This document shows positions 1 through 10,103 of a stretch of 64,000 nucleotides of DNA, piece after piece. The DNA is from Spirochaetia bacterium (GTDB lineage: Bacteria; Spirochaetota; Spirochaetia; DSM-27196; Salinispiraceae). The translations under genes were made by a program, and so were the position numbers. The notes beneath the pieces were generated by a model that was not told the DNA's origin, did not search any database, and worked only from the letters and a program-made list of their open reading frames with translations. The stretch is from assembly GCA_038204425.1 (NCBI GenBank), contig JBBRCZ010000006.1:80363-144362 (forward strand), written 5' to 3'. How positions within the stretch are numbered: position 1 is the stretch's first letter; the number at the start of each line of letters is the position of its first letter.

Positions 1-1
1 G

Positions 2-988
2 CCTGGCTTTGATTACACCTTTGCTCTGATAGAAATTACTGGTCAATACAACGATTTATCCAGTTTGGTGGGCAACAAAAGACTTTTTTTACACGAACTC
101 AACGGTCACATCTCTCCTTGGTTTGAACTTGGCATCTTTGAAACCGTGGTAACCGGCGGGCAACTTAATGCTTTGTACTTACTACCCTTGGCGGCGTATT
201 TTCAACTTCAGGGTGTTGGTGGATTTGCGGACAACTCATTGCTCGGCCTTACAGCAAAACTAAAGCCGACTCCAGGTTTAGACATAAACGCTGTGCTCTA
301 CCTCGACGACCTGCACTTTAATGATATTGCACAGTTTGAATTTGACACCAAGTGGAAAATGGCGTTTCAACTAGGAGCTTCTTTTAGTCCCAGTGATGAG
401 ATCGTTAGTCAGGTACTCAAGCGGATAGATTTTGACTACACCGCGGTCATGCCCTACATGTATACCCACATCAATAGCCTGGGTAGCGCCGCCGATGCTA
501 TCAACTACGAAAACTATACCCACAATGGCCTCAACCTTGGCCCTGCCTTAGAACCCAACTCGGAACGTTGGAATCTTAACACCAATATGCTGATCTTCAC
601 TAACCCCAGTTATGGACGACTTGAGCTCAATATTGGCTTTGTCTTGGTTCGACACGGAAATGCGAGTGCCGGTATCATTCCAGGTGGGACTGGTGATATT
701 TTTGACGACGGCTATCTCGCAGGTGTACCCACCTTTCAACGACCTTTTGTGGATCCCACAGGACAACCCTACACCCGATTCTTGACTCAAGCAGTTTTAG
801 AAACCACGCTGCAATGTCAGCTCGGGCTGGTATATGAACTGGGTTCCAGCGATCCAAATGACAGAGCCGCCGGAAGAATTAGGCTTGCGTTTGACTATAC
901 TTTTGAGCAGCAGTGGAATACCGACTTTGCCTTAGGTTCTGATCGCAGTCTACACTATCTTGGGTTTGGCATTTCTTGGCTCTACTAA
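2..988 (+). CDS. Outer-membrane beta-barrel protein, capsule assembly Wzi-like (5'-truncated by the window)
   Basis: The frame is open from base 2. Motifs ELGIFETVV, DNSLLG, PYMYTH and GPALEPNS resemble Wzi-family proteins. It ends in an aromatic residue (ISWLY), like a beta-signal. Confidence 0.55.
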   Translation, partial: PGFDYTFALIEITGQYNDLSSLVGNKRLFLHELNGHISPWFELGIFETVVTGGQLNALYLLPLAAYFQLQGVGGFADNSLLGLTAKLKPTPGLDINAVLYLDDLHFNDIAQFEFDTKWKMAFQLGASFSPSDEIVSQVLKRIDFDYTAVMPYMYTHINSLGSAADAINYENYTHNGLNLGPALEPNSERWNLNTNMLIFTNPSYGRLELNIGFVLVRHGNASAGIIPGGTGDIFDDGYLAGVPTFQRPFVDPTGQPYTRFLTQAVLETTLQCQLGLVYELGSSDPNDRAAGRIRLAFDYTFEQQWNTDFALGSDRSLHYLGFGISWLY

Positions 989-1002
989 ACCCAAGATAGT
1001 GT
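952..1002. repeat. Perfect 16-bp inverted repeat spanning the stop codon
   Basis: acactatcttgggttt (952-967) and aaacccaagatagtgt (987-1002), with a 19-nt loop. Confidence 0.85.
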
Positions 1003-1108
1003 GTCCAATAGTAAAATATTTCTAATATTTAGGTTTTTTTTGCCGAATTTAAAATCACACTACCGTTGTATGTCGTACATATATCGTACGTAAGTCAAAG
1101 GGGCAGTT

Positions 1109-1459
1109 ATGCAAAAGCAAAAAATCGACGAAGTAAGTGCACGTTTACACTATCTAATCAAAGATGGCGTTGTTCCATTGCCAGCTTTTGGTAAAGCTGA
1201 AGTATTGTTGCAGCAAGCGCGTTTGATGGTCACAATGCGCAAGGTTTTAAGGAGCTATCTCGACGCACTAGCGGATGGCGATTATGGACAAGCTAGTGTT
1301 AGGCTTGGCATCTTTCGTTATTTGGAAGAAGGTTCTTGTAAAGAGCAATTTGAGAAATATGGATATCCCGAGCAGGAGACCAGTGCCTGGGATGAGTTAA
1401 TTTCGGAATATCAAGCAGACAAAGCAACTATCTGTGTTCACCAAGCTGGAAATAGCTAA
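1109..1459 (+). CDS. Hypothetical protein (116 aa)
   Basis: ATG ORF preceded by AAGGGG, filling an intergenic gap; no recognisable motif. Confidence 0.6.
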   Translation: MQKQKIDEVSARLHYLIKDGVVPLPAFGKAEVLLQQARLMVTMRKVLRSYLDALADGDYGQASVRLGIFRYLEEGSCKEQFEKYGYPEQETSAWDELISEYQADKATICVHQAGNS

Positions 1460-1528
1460 AGGCATACGGTATACTGACCTGATTTTTAGTCTGGTCTTCT
1501 TGGCCAAGGCGAATAAGCTGGAGGATTC

Positions 1529-3043
1529 ATGGGTCAGTTATTTTTTGAGCAACTGCGTCTTCGTGCGCAGGCTATCGATAGCGTATTGTGTGTGGGGCTC
1601 GACCCACGGTTGCCTGAGGGTTTAAGTGGCGAAGAGATAACTGCCGGAATACTTGACCAGAATGCGCGCTTAATTGATGCCACCAAAGAATTTGCTGTAG
1701 CCTACAAGCCCAATATTGCTTTTTACGAATGTCACGGCGAGCCAGGCATGCTGGCCCTGCGCGCTACTCTTGCACGAATTCCGCAGGAAATCCCGATTAT
1801 TTTGGATGCCAAACGAGGCGACATCGGTCCTACTGCAGAAGCCTACGCGCATATGGCCTTTGAAGAAGTAAAAGCAGATGCAGTCACTCTCAGCCCCTAT
1901 ATGGGCTGGGATTCTATTGAGCCCTTCCTTAGACACCAAGACAAGGGCGTTTTTATCCTCTGCAAAACCTCCAATCCCGGCGCCAATGACTTACAGTTAT
2001 TGGGCTTGGGAAACAGCGTTGAGTCCCTCTATCAGCGCGTAGCCGACTTAACCGCCTCATGGGGAGCTCAGTGCGGCTTGGTAGTTGCTGGCAATGATGT
2101 TTTTGCGCTGCAAACCATTCGAAAACGTCACGACAAAATTTGGTTTTTAGCACCGGGAATTGGCACCCAAGGCGGCACCATTACGGAAGCAGTGCAAGCG
2201 GGTTTGGCTTCTGATGGCTGGGGTATCCTGCCAGTAGTTGCCAGAAGTATTGCGCAGGCCAGCGATCCGCGGCAGGCAGCACTCGACCTTGTTCTTGAGT
2301 TTAGGCAAGCGCGCGATGCAGTTATGGCAGAACGTAGTCAAAACTTATCAGAATCGGACCATCACGACCATGGCACCATCAATTGGGGTGTAGAGGCCCG
2401 TGCTGGTCGCGGCCGCAATGAGCCCGCTTATGCAGAACTTAAAGACAGAGTTTTGCGCGGTATGATTGCCAACGGGTGTTTTAAAACGGGTGAGTTTAAG
2501 CTCAAGTCAGGCGAAATATCGCCGTTCTATGTTGATTTAAGAAGAATTATGTCAGACCCGCAACTAATGCGTGATGTGGGGCTGGCTTATGCCAGCTTAC
2601 TTGGACCAGGTAGCGCACTTTCTACAGTCAAATTTGCCAGGATAGCTGGAATCCCTGTTGCCGCTTTGCCACTTGCCACAGCCACCAGTCTTGCAACAGG
2701 AGTCCCGATGATCTTTCCTCGTATGCAAGCCAAAACCCACGGAACAGGACTCAACGTAGAAGGTGAGTTTATTCCAGGAGAAGAAACTTTGCTCCTGGAC
2801 GATTTGATAACCACGGGCAAAAGCAAACTCGAAGCGTTTGAGATCCTTAAACAAGCAGGATTGTCGGTCCGTCACTTAGCGGTTTTGCTCGAACGCGGTT
2901 CGCAAGGACGCCGCGACATGGAAGCCGCTGGAATCACGCTTCATGCCTTTGCTCATATCTCAGAGTTTTTGCCACTCTGCCAAGATATGGGTCTGATTAC
3001 CGTTGCAGAACGAAAGCATTTGGAAACCTATGCGCTTGCCTAG
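1529..3043 (+). CDS. pyrF-pyrE: Bifunctional OMP decarboxylase / orotate phosphoribosyltransferase (ODC-OPRT order)
   Basis: The N-terminal part has LCVGLDP, YKPNIAFYE, DAKRGDIGPT and PGIGTQGG. The C-terminal part has FKLKSGEISPFYVDLR and the PRPP loop LLDDLITTG. GGAGG ribosome-binding site. Confidence 0.93.
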   Translation: MGQLFFEQLRLRAQAIDSVLCVGLDPRLPEGLSGEEITAGILDQNARLIDATKEFAVAYKPNIAFYECHGEPGMLALRATLARIPQEIPIILDAKRGDIGPTAEAYAHMAFEEVKADAVTLSPYMGWDSIEPFLRHQDKGVFILCKTSNPGANDLQLLGLGNSVESLYQRVADLTASWGAQCGLVVAGNDVFALQTIRKRHDKIWFLAPGIGTQGGTITEAVQAGLASDGWGILPVVARSIAQASDPRQAALDLVLEFRQARDAVMAERSQNLSESDHHDHGTINWGVEARAGRGRNEPAYAELKDRVLRGMIANGCFKTGEFKLKSGEISPFYVDLRRIMSDPQLMRDVGLAYASLLGPGSALSTVKFARIAGIPVAALPLATATSLATGVPMIFPRMQAKTHGTGLNVEGEFIPGEETLLLDDLITTGKSKLEAFEILKQAGLSVRHLAVLLERGSQGRRDMEAAGITLHAFAHISEFLPLCQDMGLITVAERKHLETYALA

Positions 3044-3060
3044 AGTTTTAAGTCCAGTAC

Positions 3061-4188
3061 GTGTGGGAGAAAAAAATGACATGGTTTGAAATTTTTTGGG
3101 ACAGTCTCGAGCGCCCAATTAGACTTGGCAATCAAGTCTTCGCTTTTTCTTGGTTGTCAATTATCGCAGAGTGGTTGTTGCCGGTAATCGTGCTCCTTTT
3201 TGTTTTTTTGTTTATCAACAAACGTATTGCCCGCGGCCTCAAGGCAAGCGGTCTGAGCGAAGAGCGCAAACCTAAGCTTATTAGAGCGGTAAAAATACTT
3301 TTTCGGGTAACCTGGGTTTTGATTTTGGTAGTGCTTTCGGCTCGGTTTTTGGAGTCAAGTATTCTTGGCTTCTTTACCAACGCTTACGAGATCATCTCTA
3401 GTCCATTTTACAAGAGCGCGGACACTCAAATATCAGTTTTTACACTGCTATTGATGATTCCAGTCTTCTATGGGGCGTACCTTCTCAGCAAGGCATCAAA
3501 ACTCGCGATAGATCGAAGCAAATATTTTGCGGTCAATCTTGGCGAAGCCAGAAAAGGGACTATCTCAAATTTGGTGCGTTATGCTGTATTGGTCATTAGT
3601 GTTTTGGTTGGACTTTCGGTCTTGGGAGTTAACCTAAGTTCAATTTCGTTAATTCTGTTTGCACTTTTGGCGGCCTTATGCCTGGGAATGTTGCAAGTCT
3701 TGGTAAGCTTTTTTGCAGGCTTGGTCTTGGTCCTCAATCGACCCTTTAGGGAAGGCGACTACATTTCGCTAATTCTTGCTGGCAAACAGATTGAAGGAAC
3801 CGTCTTGCAAGTCCGCATGATTCATACCTTGGTTCAAAAGAGCGAGTCAGAGACCGTAGTAGTACCCAACTATCAACTCTTGCATCAAGCTGTAAACAAT
3901 GCCAGCGTTAACCAAGGTAAGGCAGGTTTGAGTTTGAGTATCTTGATTGAGCACGAAAGCAACATCGCAACGGTTCGTCAGGTCCTGAGTGCCTTGGTTG
4001 GAGATTGTCCATTTTGGAACAAGAAAGACGAAGCAACTGTTCAGGTTGGCGATATTAGGCCAGAAGGCATACGAATTGATCTTTTTTTGCATCTTGAAGC
4101 AGCCAGTGATCACAGAAAGGCTCGCGCATGGCTCAACGAAGAAATTCTCAGCAGTTTTAGCAAAAAAGCAATCAGGCTTGCAAAGTAA
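3061..4188 (+). CDS. Small-conductance mechanosensitive channel (MscS family)
   Basis: Several transmembrane segments plus RPFREGDYI and VVVPN motifs. The real start may be ATG 3076. Confidence 0.8.
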   Translation: MWEKKMTWFEIFWDSLERPIRLGNQVFAFSWLSIIAEWLLPVIVLLFVFLFINKRIARGLKASGLSEERKPKLIRAVKILFRVTWVLILVVLSARFLESSILGFFTNAYEIISSPFYKSADTQISVFTLLLMIPVFYGAYLLSKASKLAIDRSKYFAVNLGEARKGTISNLVRYAVLVISVLVGLSVLGVNLSSISLILFALLAALCLGMLQVLVSFFAGLVLVLNRPFREGDYISLILAGKQIEGTVLQVRMIHTLVQKSESETVVVPNYQLLHQAVNNASVNQGKAGLSLSILIEHESNIATVRQVLSALVGDCPFWNKKDEATVQVGDIRPEGIRIDLFLHLEAASDHRKARAWLNEEILSSFSKKAIRLAK

Positions 4189-4223
4189 TATTTGCAAGCT
4201 GCTTTATTAAAGCTTCTTTGGTT

Positions 4224-4688
4224 CTATAGCGTGACGTCAGCGCCAACTAGTAATTCTTGAAGTTTTTTGTCAGTGCTACGGTCAATGATCGATTGCAGAG
4301 TGTTTTTGGTAAAGAACGAATTGACGTGGTCATTGGCCTCAACCCAAATGTCGTGCATAAGACACGAACTTGAGTTCTGACAAACGCTTACGCCCAAATC
4401 ATCGCAACTTGTGCAAGGCGTAAGTTCTAGCCCTTCTTCTACCGCGTCAAAAATCATTTTGATGGTGATGGTACTTGGATCCTTGCTTATCAAAAACCCG
4501 CCCCCTGGGCCCCTTACGCTGTCGATGATACCCTTCTTTTTGAGCTTAAAAAAAATCTGTTCTAAAAACTCTGGTGATATCTCTTCTTCGGCGGCTATTA
4601 TCTTAATTGCCTTTGGTTTGCCGCTTTTATTTAGTGCTAAGTTAGTGATAGCCAACATAGCGTAGCGTCCTTTGGTTGTAATTCGCAT
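4224..4688 (-). CDS. Rrf2-family transcriptional regulator (IscR/CymR-like)
   Basis: MRITTKGRYA, LEQIFFKLKK and SVRGPGGGF, followed by a Cys cluster (CTSC...C...C). Confidence 0.9.
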   Translation of the reverse strand: MRITTKGRYAMLAITNLALNKSGKPKAIKIIAAEEEISPEFLEQIFFKLKKKGIIDSVRGPGGGFLISKDPSTITIKMIFDAVEEGLELTPCTSCDDLGVSVCQNSSSCLMHDIWVEANDHVNSFFTKNTLQSIIDRSTDKKLQELLVGADVTL

Positions 4689-4856
4689 AAAGCCGACCTT
4701 CTTGTTTCAGTTTTTTTGGAAGTATGAGTGTGTATTTTAGCATTTTACTCATAATACGAATAGTATCCAGCCAGCGAGCGTTTTAAGTGCCTAGTAAACT
4801 GCAAGTCAAAAAAGAACTCTCTATCATGATGAAAAAAAATAGGCTACAATAGTCTT

Positions 4857-5267
4857 ATGAAGAAGAATATCTTAACGGTCGAACGAGACACGGCTCTCGG
4901 TTCTCACCTCTCTGTCAGAGTTCGGCTTCTAAACGGAGCCTTGGGGGCTGTGTTGGACTGCTCGGGCTACCTCGACAATGAGAATACCCCAAAATTCTTG
5001 ATTTTCTGTCGTGAAGTCTTTTTGGAAAAGAAGGTACTGGGACTTAATCTAGAAAGCCTAAGCTATATTTCTTCTACAGGTGTGGGGGCCTTTAGTTCAC
5101 TCGGGCTTGAGGCTAGGCACGACCAGAAGCTGTTCTTCATAACAGGGGTTCCCGATTCTATAAAAAAAGTACTTTCGGTGCTTGGCTTTAGAGATTTGAT
5201 CAGAAACATAGACGATATAGAAGACTACGATTTTGGGCCACATTATGCGGCAAAATACAACCCATAA
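4857..5267 (+). CDS. STAS-domain anti-sigma-factor antagonist
   Basis: LNLESLSYISSTGVG phospho-acceptor motif and KVLSVLGF. Confidence 0.85.
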   Translation: MKKNILTVERDTALGSHLSVRVRLLNGALGAVLDCSGYLDNENTPKFLIFCREVFLEKKVLGLNLESLSYISSTGVGAFSSLGLEARHDQKLFFITGVPDSIKKVLSVLGFRDLIRNIDDIEDYDFGPHYAAKYNP

Positions 5268-5318
5268 GATTGACCCATCTGGCGACATAGAGTAGAACGG
5301 TAGACACTCGAGGACGAT

Positions 5319-6818
5319 TTGGAAATTGAGCATAAACAACCCAACATTTTTAACTCCCAAGAATCCGAAGCACTGATTGTAGAATTAAAGCAACGCGTCA
5401 AAGTCCTTAGTTCATTCATCCATCAATTGTCCTCTCTTGGCTTCTACGAAAGAAATACAAAAACGGGTGAGCTAACGCTCAATGATTTTTGGTTGTCTTG
5501 TGGATACGAGCCAGAAGACATACAAGGTGGCGTTTGGCTTGAACTAGTCCACCCTGACGATTTTTCTAAGGTCGCACAACTGTACAGTCAGGAACACCAC
5601 AGTGGCAAGTTTGAGCTAGAGTATCGGGTTAGGGCCAAAGACGGCAGCTACCGTTGGGTACTCACTAAGGGCAACGTAGTCGGTCGAGATGAGCAAGGCA
5701 ACCCCAATCATTACATCGGTATAGATGTCGATATGACCGAACGGCATGAGGCCGAGGAACAACTTCGCAATCAGACAGAAGAGGCCGAACAGCGCGCTTT
5801 GGAGTCCGACACCTTACGCATGGTTGGGGCAGTGGTTGCGGCTCAGATAGAGCCGAGCCAAGCAATAGTTCGTATTCTAGAACAAGCTGTGCAAGTTGTT
5901 CCTTATGAATTTGCAACCGTCTACCAGATTCGCAATGGTTCTTTAGTTGCTGTTGGTAGTGCGGCTTCCGACGGCCCGCGCTATGACCAAACCGAGGTGA
6001 TAGAGTCGGGCGACAATGGCCCGCATGCCCAAGTGCTTATCGACGGCCAAGTACTGGTTTTTAACAAAGTCGACGAGCTTTTTTCCGTTCGCACTGTTCA
6101 AAACACTGTCATCAAATCTTGGATGGGTGTGCCGCTTATGATTCGAGGTGCCTCAACCGGTATGATGTGTTTTGAAAGCTCGTGGTCGGAGTTTTTTACT
6201 GATGTTCATGTGCGAATGGCGCTCGCCTTTGCAGACCATGTGGCGGTAGCGATGGAAAATACTCGGCTGTATGAAGAAGTACGAAATCTTGCAATTACCG
6301 ATGAGCTTACCGGTCTTTTGACGAGACGATGGATACAAGATTTTTCGGGGCGACTGTTAGAACAGGCCTACCGTAGTGCCAAAGACCTTAGTGTGCTCAT
6401 GATTGATGTAGACCATTTTAAATCAGTAAATGACAACCTCGGCCACCAGTCTGGTGATGCAGTGCTCAAGACGGTTGCTACTATTTGCGCTAGCGCGCTA
6501 CGCGCCGGTGATGTACTGTGCCGTTATGGTGGCGAAGAGTTCCTTGCAATCATGCCCAACACCAAACCAGATGCAGCTTTTCAAGTTGCTGAGCGTCTGC
6601 GTGAGTCGGTAATGCAAACTGAACTTGACGGCTATGCACGACAAGTCACTATCTCGATCGGTGTAAGTTCATTAGGAGATCGAACCGTAGAAGGCTTAGC
6701 TGTCCTAATTGGGGAGGCTGACGCCGCGCTCTATCAAGCAAAACGACAAGGTCGTAACAGAACCGTGCAGTCCACCGGTGATCAACCGCGCAAGACTTTT
6801 CGCAAAATATCCATATAA
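5319..6818 (+). CDS. PAS-GAF-GGDEF diguanylate cyclase
   Basis: PAS/PAC (VHPDD, EYRVRAKDGSYRWV), a GAF region, then TDELTGL, DVDHFKSVND, RAGD I-site and RYGGEEF. Confidence 0.93.
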   Translation: MEIEHKQPNIFNSQESEALIVELKQRVKVLSSFIHQLSSLGFYERNTKTGELTLNDFWLSCGYEPEDIQGGVWLELVHPDDFSKVAQLYSQEHHSGKFELEYRVRAKDGSYRWVLTKGNVVGRDEQGNPNHYIGIDVDMTERHEAEEQLRNQTEEAEQRALESDTLRMVGAVVAAQIEPSQAIVRILEQAVQVVPYEFATVYQIRNGSLVAVGSAASDGPRYDQTEVIESGDNGPHAQVLIDGQVLVFNKVDELFSVRTVQNTVIKSWMGVPLMIRGASTGMMCFESSWSEFFTDVHVRMALAFADHVAVAMENTRLYEEVRNLAITDELTGLLTRRWIQDFSGRLLEQAYRSAKDLSVLMIDVDHFKSVNDNLGHQSGDAVLKTVATICASALRAGDVLCRYGGEEFLAIMPNTKPDAAFQVAERLRESVMQTELDGYARQVTISIGVSSLGDRTVEGLAVLIGEADAALYQAKRQGRNRTVQSTGDQPRKTFRKISI

Positions 6819-7681
6819 CTAACTACGCCGATAATTTTTTGGCCATCGAGTACCGGGATTTGCCGTTTGCGAGTTTTGGTAAACGTAAATACTGCTTCAA
6901 CTATCGATGTTTGACTGGTAAAACTATTGGTGGGCACATCCATAATTTCATTGGCAAGTATTTTTTCCTCTTTGGCCAACAGTTCTTCCATTGGTTCAAA
7001 AGTCTTTAGAAAATTTATATTGCCAATCATTTGAGCGTAGTTGGGAATGCCAAGGTTGAGAATCTCAAGTACTGTAATCTCGCCTTGAAAAACATTGTCG
7101 TTTCCAATTACGGGTACAAAGCTGATGGACTTTTCGGCCATTAGGTCAATCACCTGTTTGATTGGGGTATCTGGGGTGACTGAATACATTTCATGAGTCA
7201 TAATCTGCTCTATAGTTAGTTCTGTCTTTACTTCAATATTTTGGCTCTGGATGCTGCTAATTACTTCTTGCGCACTGGAAAGTAGACCGAGACTTTCAAA
7301 AACTGCCGTATTCTTTGAAAGTTTGACAAAAGAGGCCAAGCAGTTGAGGTAGAGGTTGGAAGTTGTCTTTGACGTTAGAATGAGGACTACCATGCGAATT
7401 AAGACACCATTATCCATAAAGGGTGCAGCAGGTATGGCAATGCCGATCAATATATCGTTAAACAAATCAATACGAGCATGCGGAATAGCGATGCCAGTAG
7501 CAAAGGTGGTTCCACCCAGTGTCTCGCGTTCAGCAATTGCGGCCGTGAGGTCTTGGTGAGGGATCTGAAAATGGTAACGAGCAAACATTTCGCCCAAAAG
7601 CAAGCTAGTAAGTTCAGTTCTACTTTCTGACTTGACCTTGACTTTGATATACTCTGGATCCAGAAGACTGGATAGTTGCAT
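6782..7681 (-). CDS. PTS EIIA(Ntr/Fru-type) domain fused to a CBS pair
   Basis: ERETLGGT...GIAIPHAR carries the phospho-His, followed by two CBS repeats. The start is placed at ATG 7681 after GAGGA. Confidence 0.85.
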   Translation of the reverse strand: MQLSSLLDPEYIKVKVKSESRTELTSLLLGEMFARYHFQIPHQDLTAAIAERETLGGTTFATGIAIPHARIDLFNDILIGIAIPAAPFMDNGVLIRMVVLILTSKTTSNLYLNCLASFVKLSKNTAVFESLGLLSSAQEVISSIQSQNIEVKTELTIEQIMTHEMYSVTPDTPIKQVIDLMAEKSISFVPVIGNDNVFQGEITVLEILNLGIPNYAQMIGNINFLKTFEPMEELLAKEEKILANEIMDVPTNSFTSQTSIVEAVFTFTKTRKRQIPVLDGQKIIGVVSYMDILRKVLRG

Positions 7682-7809
7682 GGATTCCTCCGCAATTATT
7701 GTAGGCATGGGAAGGTTCAATCAGTCAACACATTGCTTAACAAATTGCTCCAATAGAAGCTGATTTGTCATAGTATCTTAACAATCTCCAATGCAGTTTT
7801 AATTTACTC

Positions 7810-7838
7810 TTGCCTAAGAAAACCCAAATCAATACAGT
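7810..7838 (+). promoter_or_regulatory. sigma70-type promoter giving a probably leaderless transcript
   Basis: TTGCCT-17 nt-TACAGT, 6 nt before the GTG start. Confidence 0.55.
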
Positions 7839-7844
7839 CCTAGT

Positions 7845-9035
7845 GTGAAACAATACATAAGTCAGGACTTTGATAGACGAGCTCTGGGTGGCATGAAATG
7901 GCACTTGTCCCGAGAACAAGAATTGCCCCTATGGGTCGCGGATATGGATTTTAAGGTGCCTCCAACAGTTGTGAGCGGACTTCAAAAGCGAGTTGCAGGG
8001 GCTTTCTATCCCTATACCTATGCATGGCCTAGCATACGCGAAGCCTTTGCTAGCTGGTGCAAAACCAATCAAAAGTGGGACCCTTTACAAGGGGATTTCT
8101 TGCTCGCACCAGGTCTCTTGACGGCGCTTATGGCAGCTCTTCAGGCTTACACAGCCGTAGGCGAAGGAGTCATCGTACAGGCGCCAGTATACGGGCCATT
8201 TTTTTCTATTCCCAAGCGATTAGGGCGCACGCTCATGGTCAACCAGCTCCTGGCTTCTGAAACACAAGCGCACGGCCAATTTAGCTATCAAATTGATTTT
8301 GAAGACTTTGAAAAGCACTGCCGAGCTGGCGCTAAAGCTTTTGTACTGTGCTCACCACACAACCCGGTTGGCCGGGTCTGGACACAAAGCGAGCTGCAAA
8401 CTCTGGGTGAGCTCTGTAGGCGTTATAAACTGTGGCTGATTGTGGATGAGATCCATGCCGACATGATTGCCGAAGGCCAGCAATTTGTTGCAAGCGCCCA
8501 CATGCTCGCAGAGGGTCTGTTTGACGCCCAACGAACCTTGGTTCTCCAGGCTCCTTCCAAAACTTTTAACATACCAGGCATCGGTTGCGGTTTGGCTTGG
8601 TCTTTGGCGATGGAGCCTGTGCGAGAACTTAGGGCTTGCCTTTCGGACTTGTCGATGGGCTCGATCAACATTCTTGCTATGAATGCCTGCGAAAACGCCT
8701 ATCTCAATGGACAAGCTTGGTTTGATGAAGTCAAACAAGTGGTGGACCAAAATGCAAATATGCTTTCTGCTCATCAGCTTGAGGCTTGGCCCAATCTGCG
8801 TATAGCTCATCGAGAAGGTAGTTTTTTGACTTGGATTGATTGTAAGAGACAGATGGAAAAAGTCGGTATGGAAGATGAGCAATGGAACCGTCACATTAGA
8901 GAGAAGGCTAAGGTCTTTTTGAGCCCTGGCACGTACTTTGGTATCGGTGGTGAGGGCCACGTGAGGTTAAATCTGGGCTGTACCGAGGCGAACTTGCTCC
9001 AAGCCTTGGCACGCCTCGATCGGGTATTTTCCTAA
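7845..9035 (+). CDS. MalY/PatB-family PLP enzyme (cystathionine beta-lyase-like)
   Basis: LPLWVADMDF, LCSPHNPVGRVW, DEIHAD, APSKTFNIPG and VRLNLG. Confidence 0.9.
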   Translation: MKQYISQDFDRRALGGMKWHLSREQELPLWVADMDFKVPPTVVSGLQKRVAGAFYPYTYAWPSIREAFASWCKTNQKWDPLQGDFLLAPGLLTALMAALQAYTAVGEGVIVQAPVYGPFFSIPKRLGRTLMVNQLLASETQAHGQFSYQIDFEDFEKHCRAGAKAFVLCSPHNPVGRVWTQSELQTLGELCRRYKLWLIVDEIHADMIAEGQQFVASAHMLAEGLFDAQRTLVLQAPSKTFNIPGIGCGLAWSLAMEPVRELRACLSDLSMGSINILAMNACENAYLNGQAWFDEVKQVVDQNANMLSAHQLEAWPNLRIAHREGSFLTWIDCKRQMEKVGMEDEQWNRHIREKAKVFLSPGTYFGIGGEGHVRLNLGCTEANLLQALARLDRVFS

Positions 9036-9055
9036 AAGACAGTGTAAGCGATAGC

Positions 9056-10012
9056 TTAGGTGATGCCTTTTTCAGAAAGCCAACGTTCGGCATCTAGGGC
9101 AGCCATGCAACCCGAACCAGCAGCGCTTATGGCCTGTCTGTACACATGGTCCTTAACATCACCTGCTGCAAAGACACCTTGTAGCGAAGTATGCGTGCTG
9201 TCCGCCTTGGTAATAAGATAGCCAGTTTCGTCACAGGATAATTGACCCTTGAGAAATGCCGTGTTTGGTTGGTGACCGATCGCAAAAAACAACCCTGACG
9301 CTTCAATAAGAACTTCGCGGCCGTCTAGGTTGTTTTTCGTCTTTACCCCAGTTAGCATTTTTTCTCCGACAGCCTCGGTGGCTTCGGTGTTCCATCGAAC
9401 TTCAATCTTGCTGTTGGCAAAAGTCCTTTCTTGCATTGTTTTACTGGCCCTTAAACTGTCTCGGCGCACCAAGAGGATCACTTGGCTGCCAAACTTTGAA
9501 AGGTAGTTGGCCTCTTCGCAGGCGGTGTCACCACCACCAATAACAACAAGAGGCTTGTTGCGAAAAGCGGGCAAGCCACCGTCACAAACAGCACAGGCTG
9601 AGATTCCTCGCTGCCAGTATTGGTCTTCGCCTTTAATTAAGAGCCTTTTTGCCGTAGCTCCCGTCGCAATAATGACTGCGTGCGCAAAGTACTCTCCAGA
9701 ATCGGCTACTATCTTTTTGGGACTCACGCTTAAGTCCACTTCATGAACGGTCTCGGTGAGAACTCTCGTGCCAGATTTGATTGATTGTTCTCGCATTTTT
9801 TCCATCAACTCTGGCCCTTGAATGCCATCAGGAAAGCCGGGAAAGTTCTCTACTTCGGTTGTTGTAGTGAGTTGGCCACCCGCAGCCACACCACCGGCCA
9901 TAAAGCCCTCAAACATTAAGGGCATGAGTTGGGCCCGCGCGGCATAGATGCCCGCAGTGTGCGCGGCTGGGCCAGAACCAATGATAATTAGACGCTCAAC
10001 TTCGTTTGCCAT
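9056..10012 (-). CDS. trxB: Thioredoxin-disulfide reductase
   Basis: GSGPA, VENFPGF, CAVC active site, [10 protein letters not shown] and [12 protein letters not shown]. Confidence 0.96.
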   Translation of the reverse strand: MANEVERLIIIGSGPAAHTAGIYAARAQLMPLMFEGFMAGGVAAGGQLTTTTEVENFPGFPDGIQGPELMEKMREQSIKSGTRVLTETVHEVDLSVSPKKIVADSGEYFAHAVIIATGATAKRLLIKGEDQYWQRGISACAVCDGGLPAFRNKPLVVIGGGDTACEEANYLSKFGSQVILLVRRDSLRASKTMQERTFANSKIEVRWNTEATEAVGEKMLTGVKTKNNLDGREVLIEASGLFFAIGHQPNTAFLKGQLSCDETGYLITKADSTHTSLQGVFAAGDVKDHVYRQAISAAGSGCMAALDAERWLSEKGIT

Positions 10013-10041
10013 AAAAAACTCCTGAAACCTTGGTCAGTTAG

Positions 10042-10070
10042 AATATGACTGGATTGAATGTTTGTGGCAA
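10042..10070 (-). promoter_or_regulatory. sigma70-type promoter of trxB
   Basis: TTGCCA-17 nt-CATATT on the minus strand. Confidence 0.45.
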
Positions 10071-10103
10071 GTCAAAACGTGACACGCCCACTATGCAGAA
10101 GCA

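Noticed and set aside
8352..8960. 202-aa antisense ORF and other short overlapping ORFs in the track
   Set aside because: They are shadows of well-supported genes and show no motifs or ribosome-binding sites.
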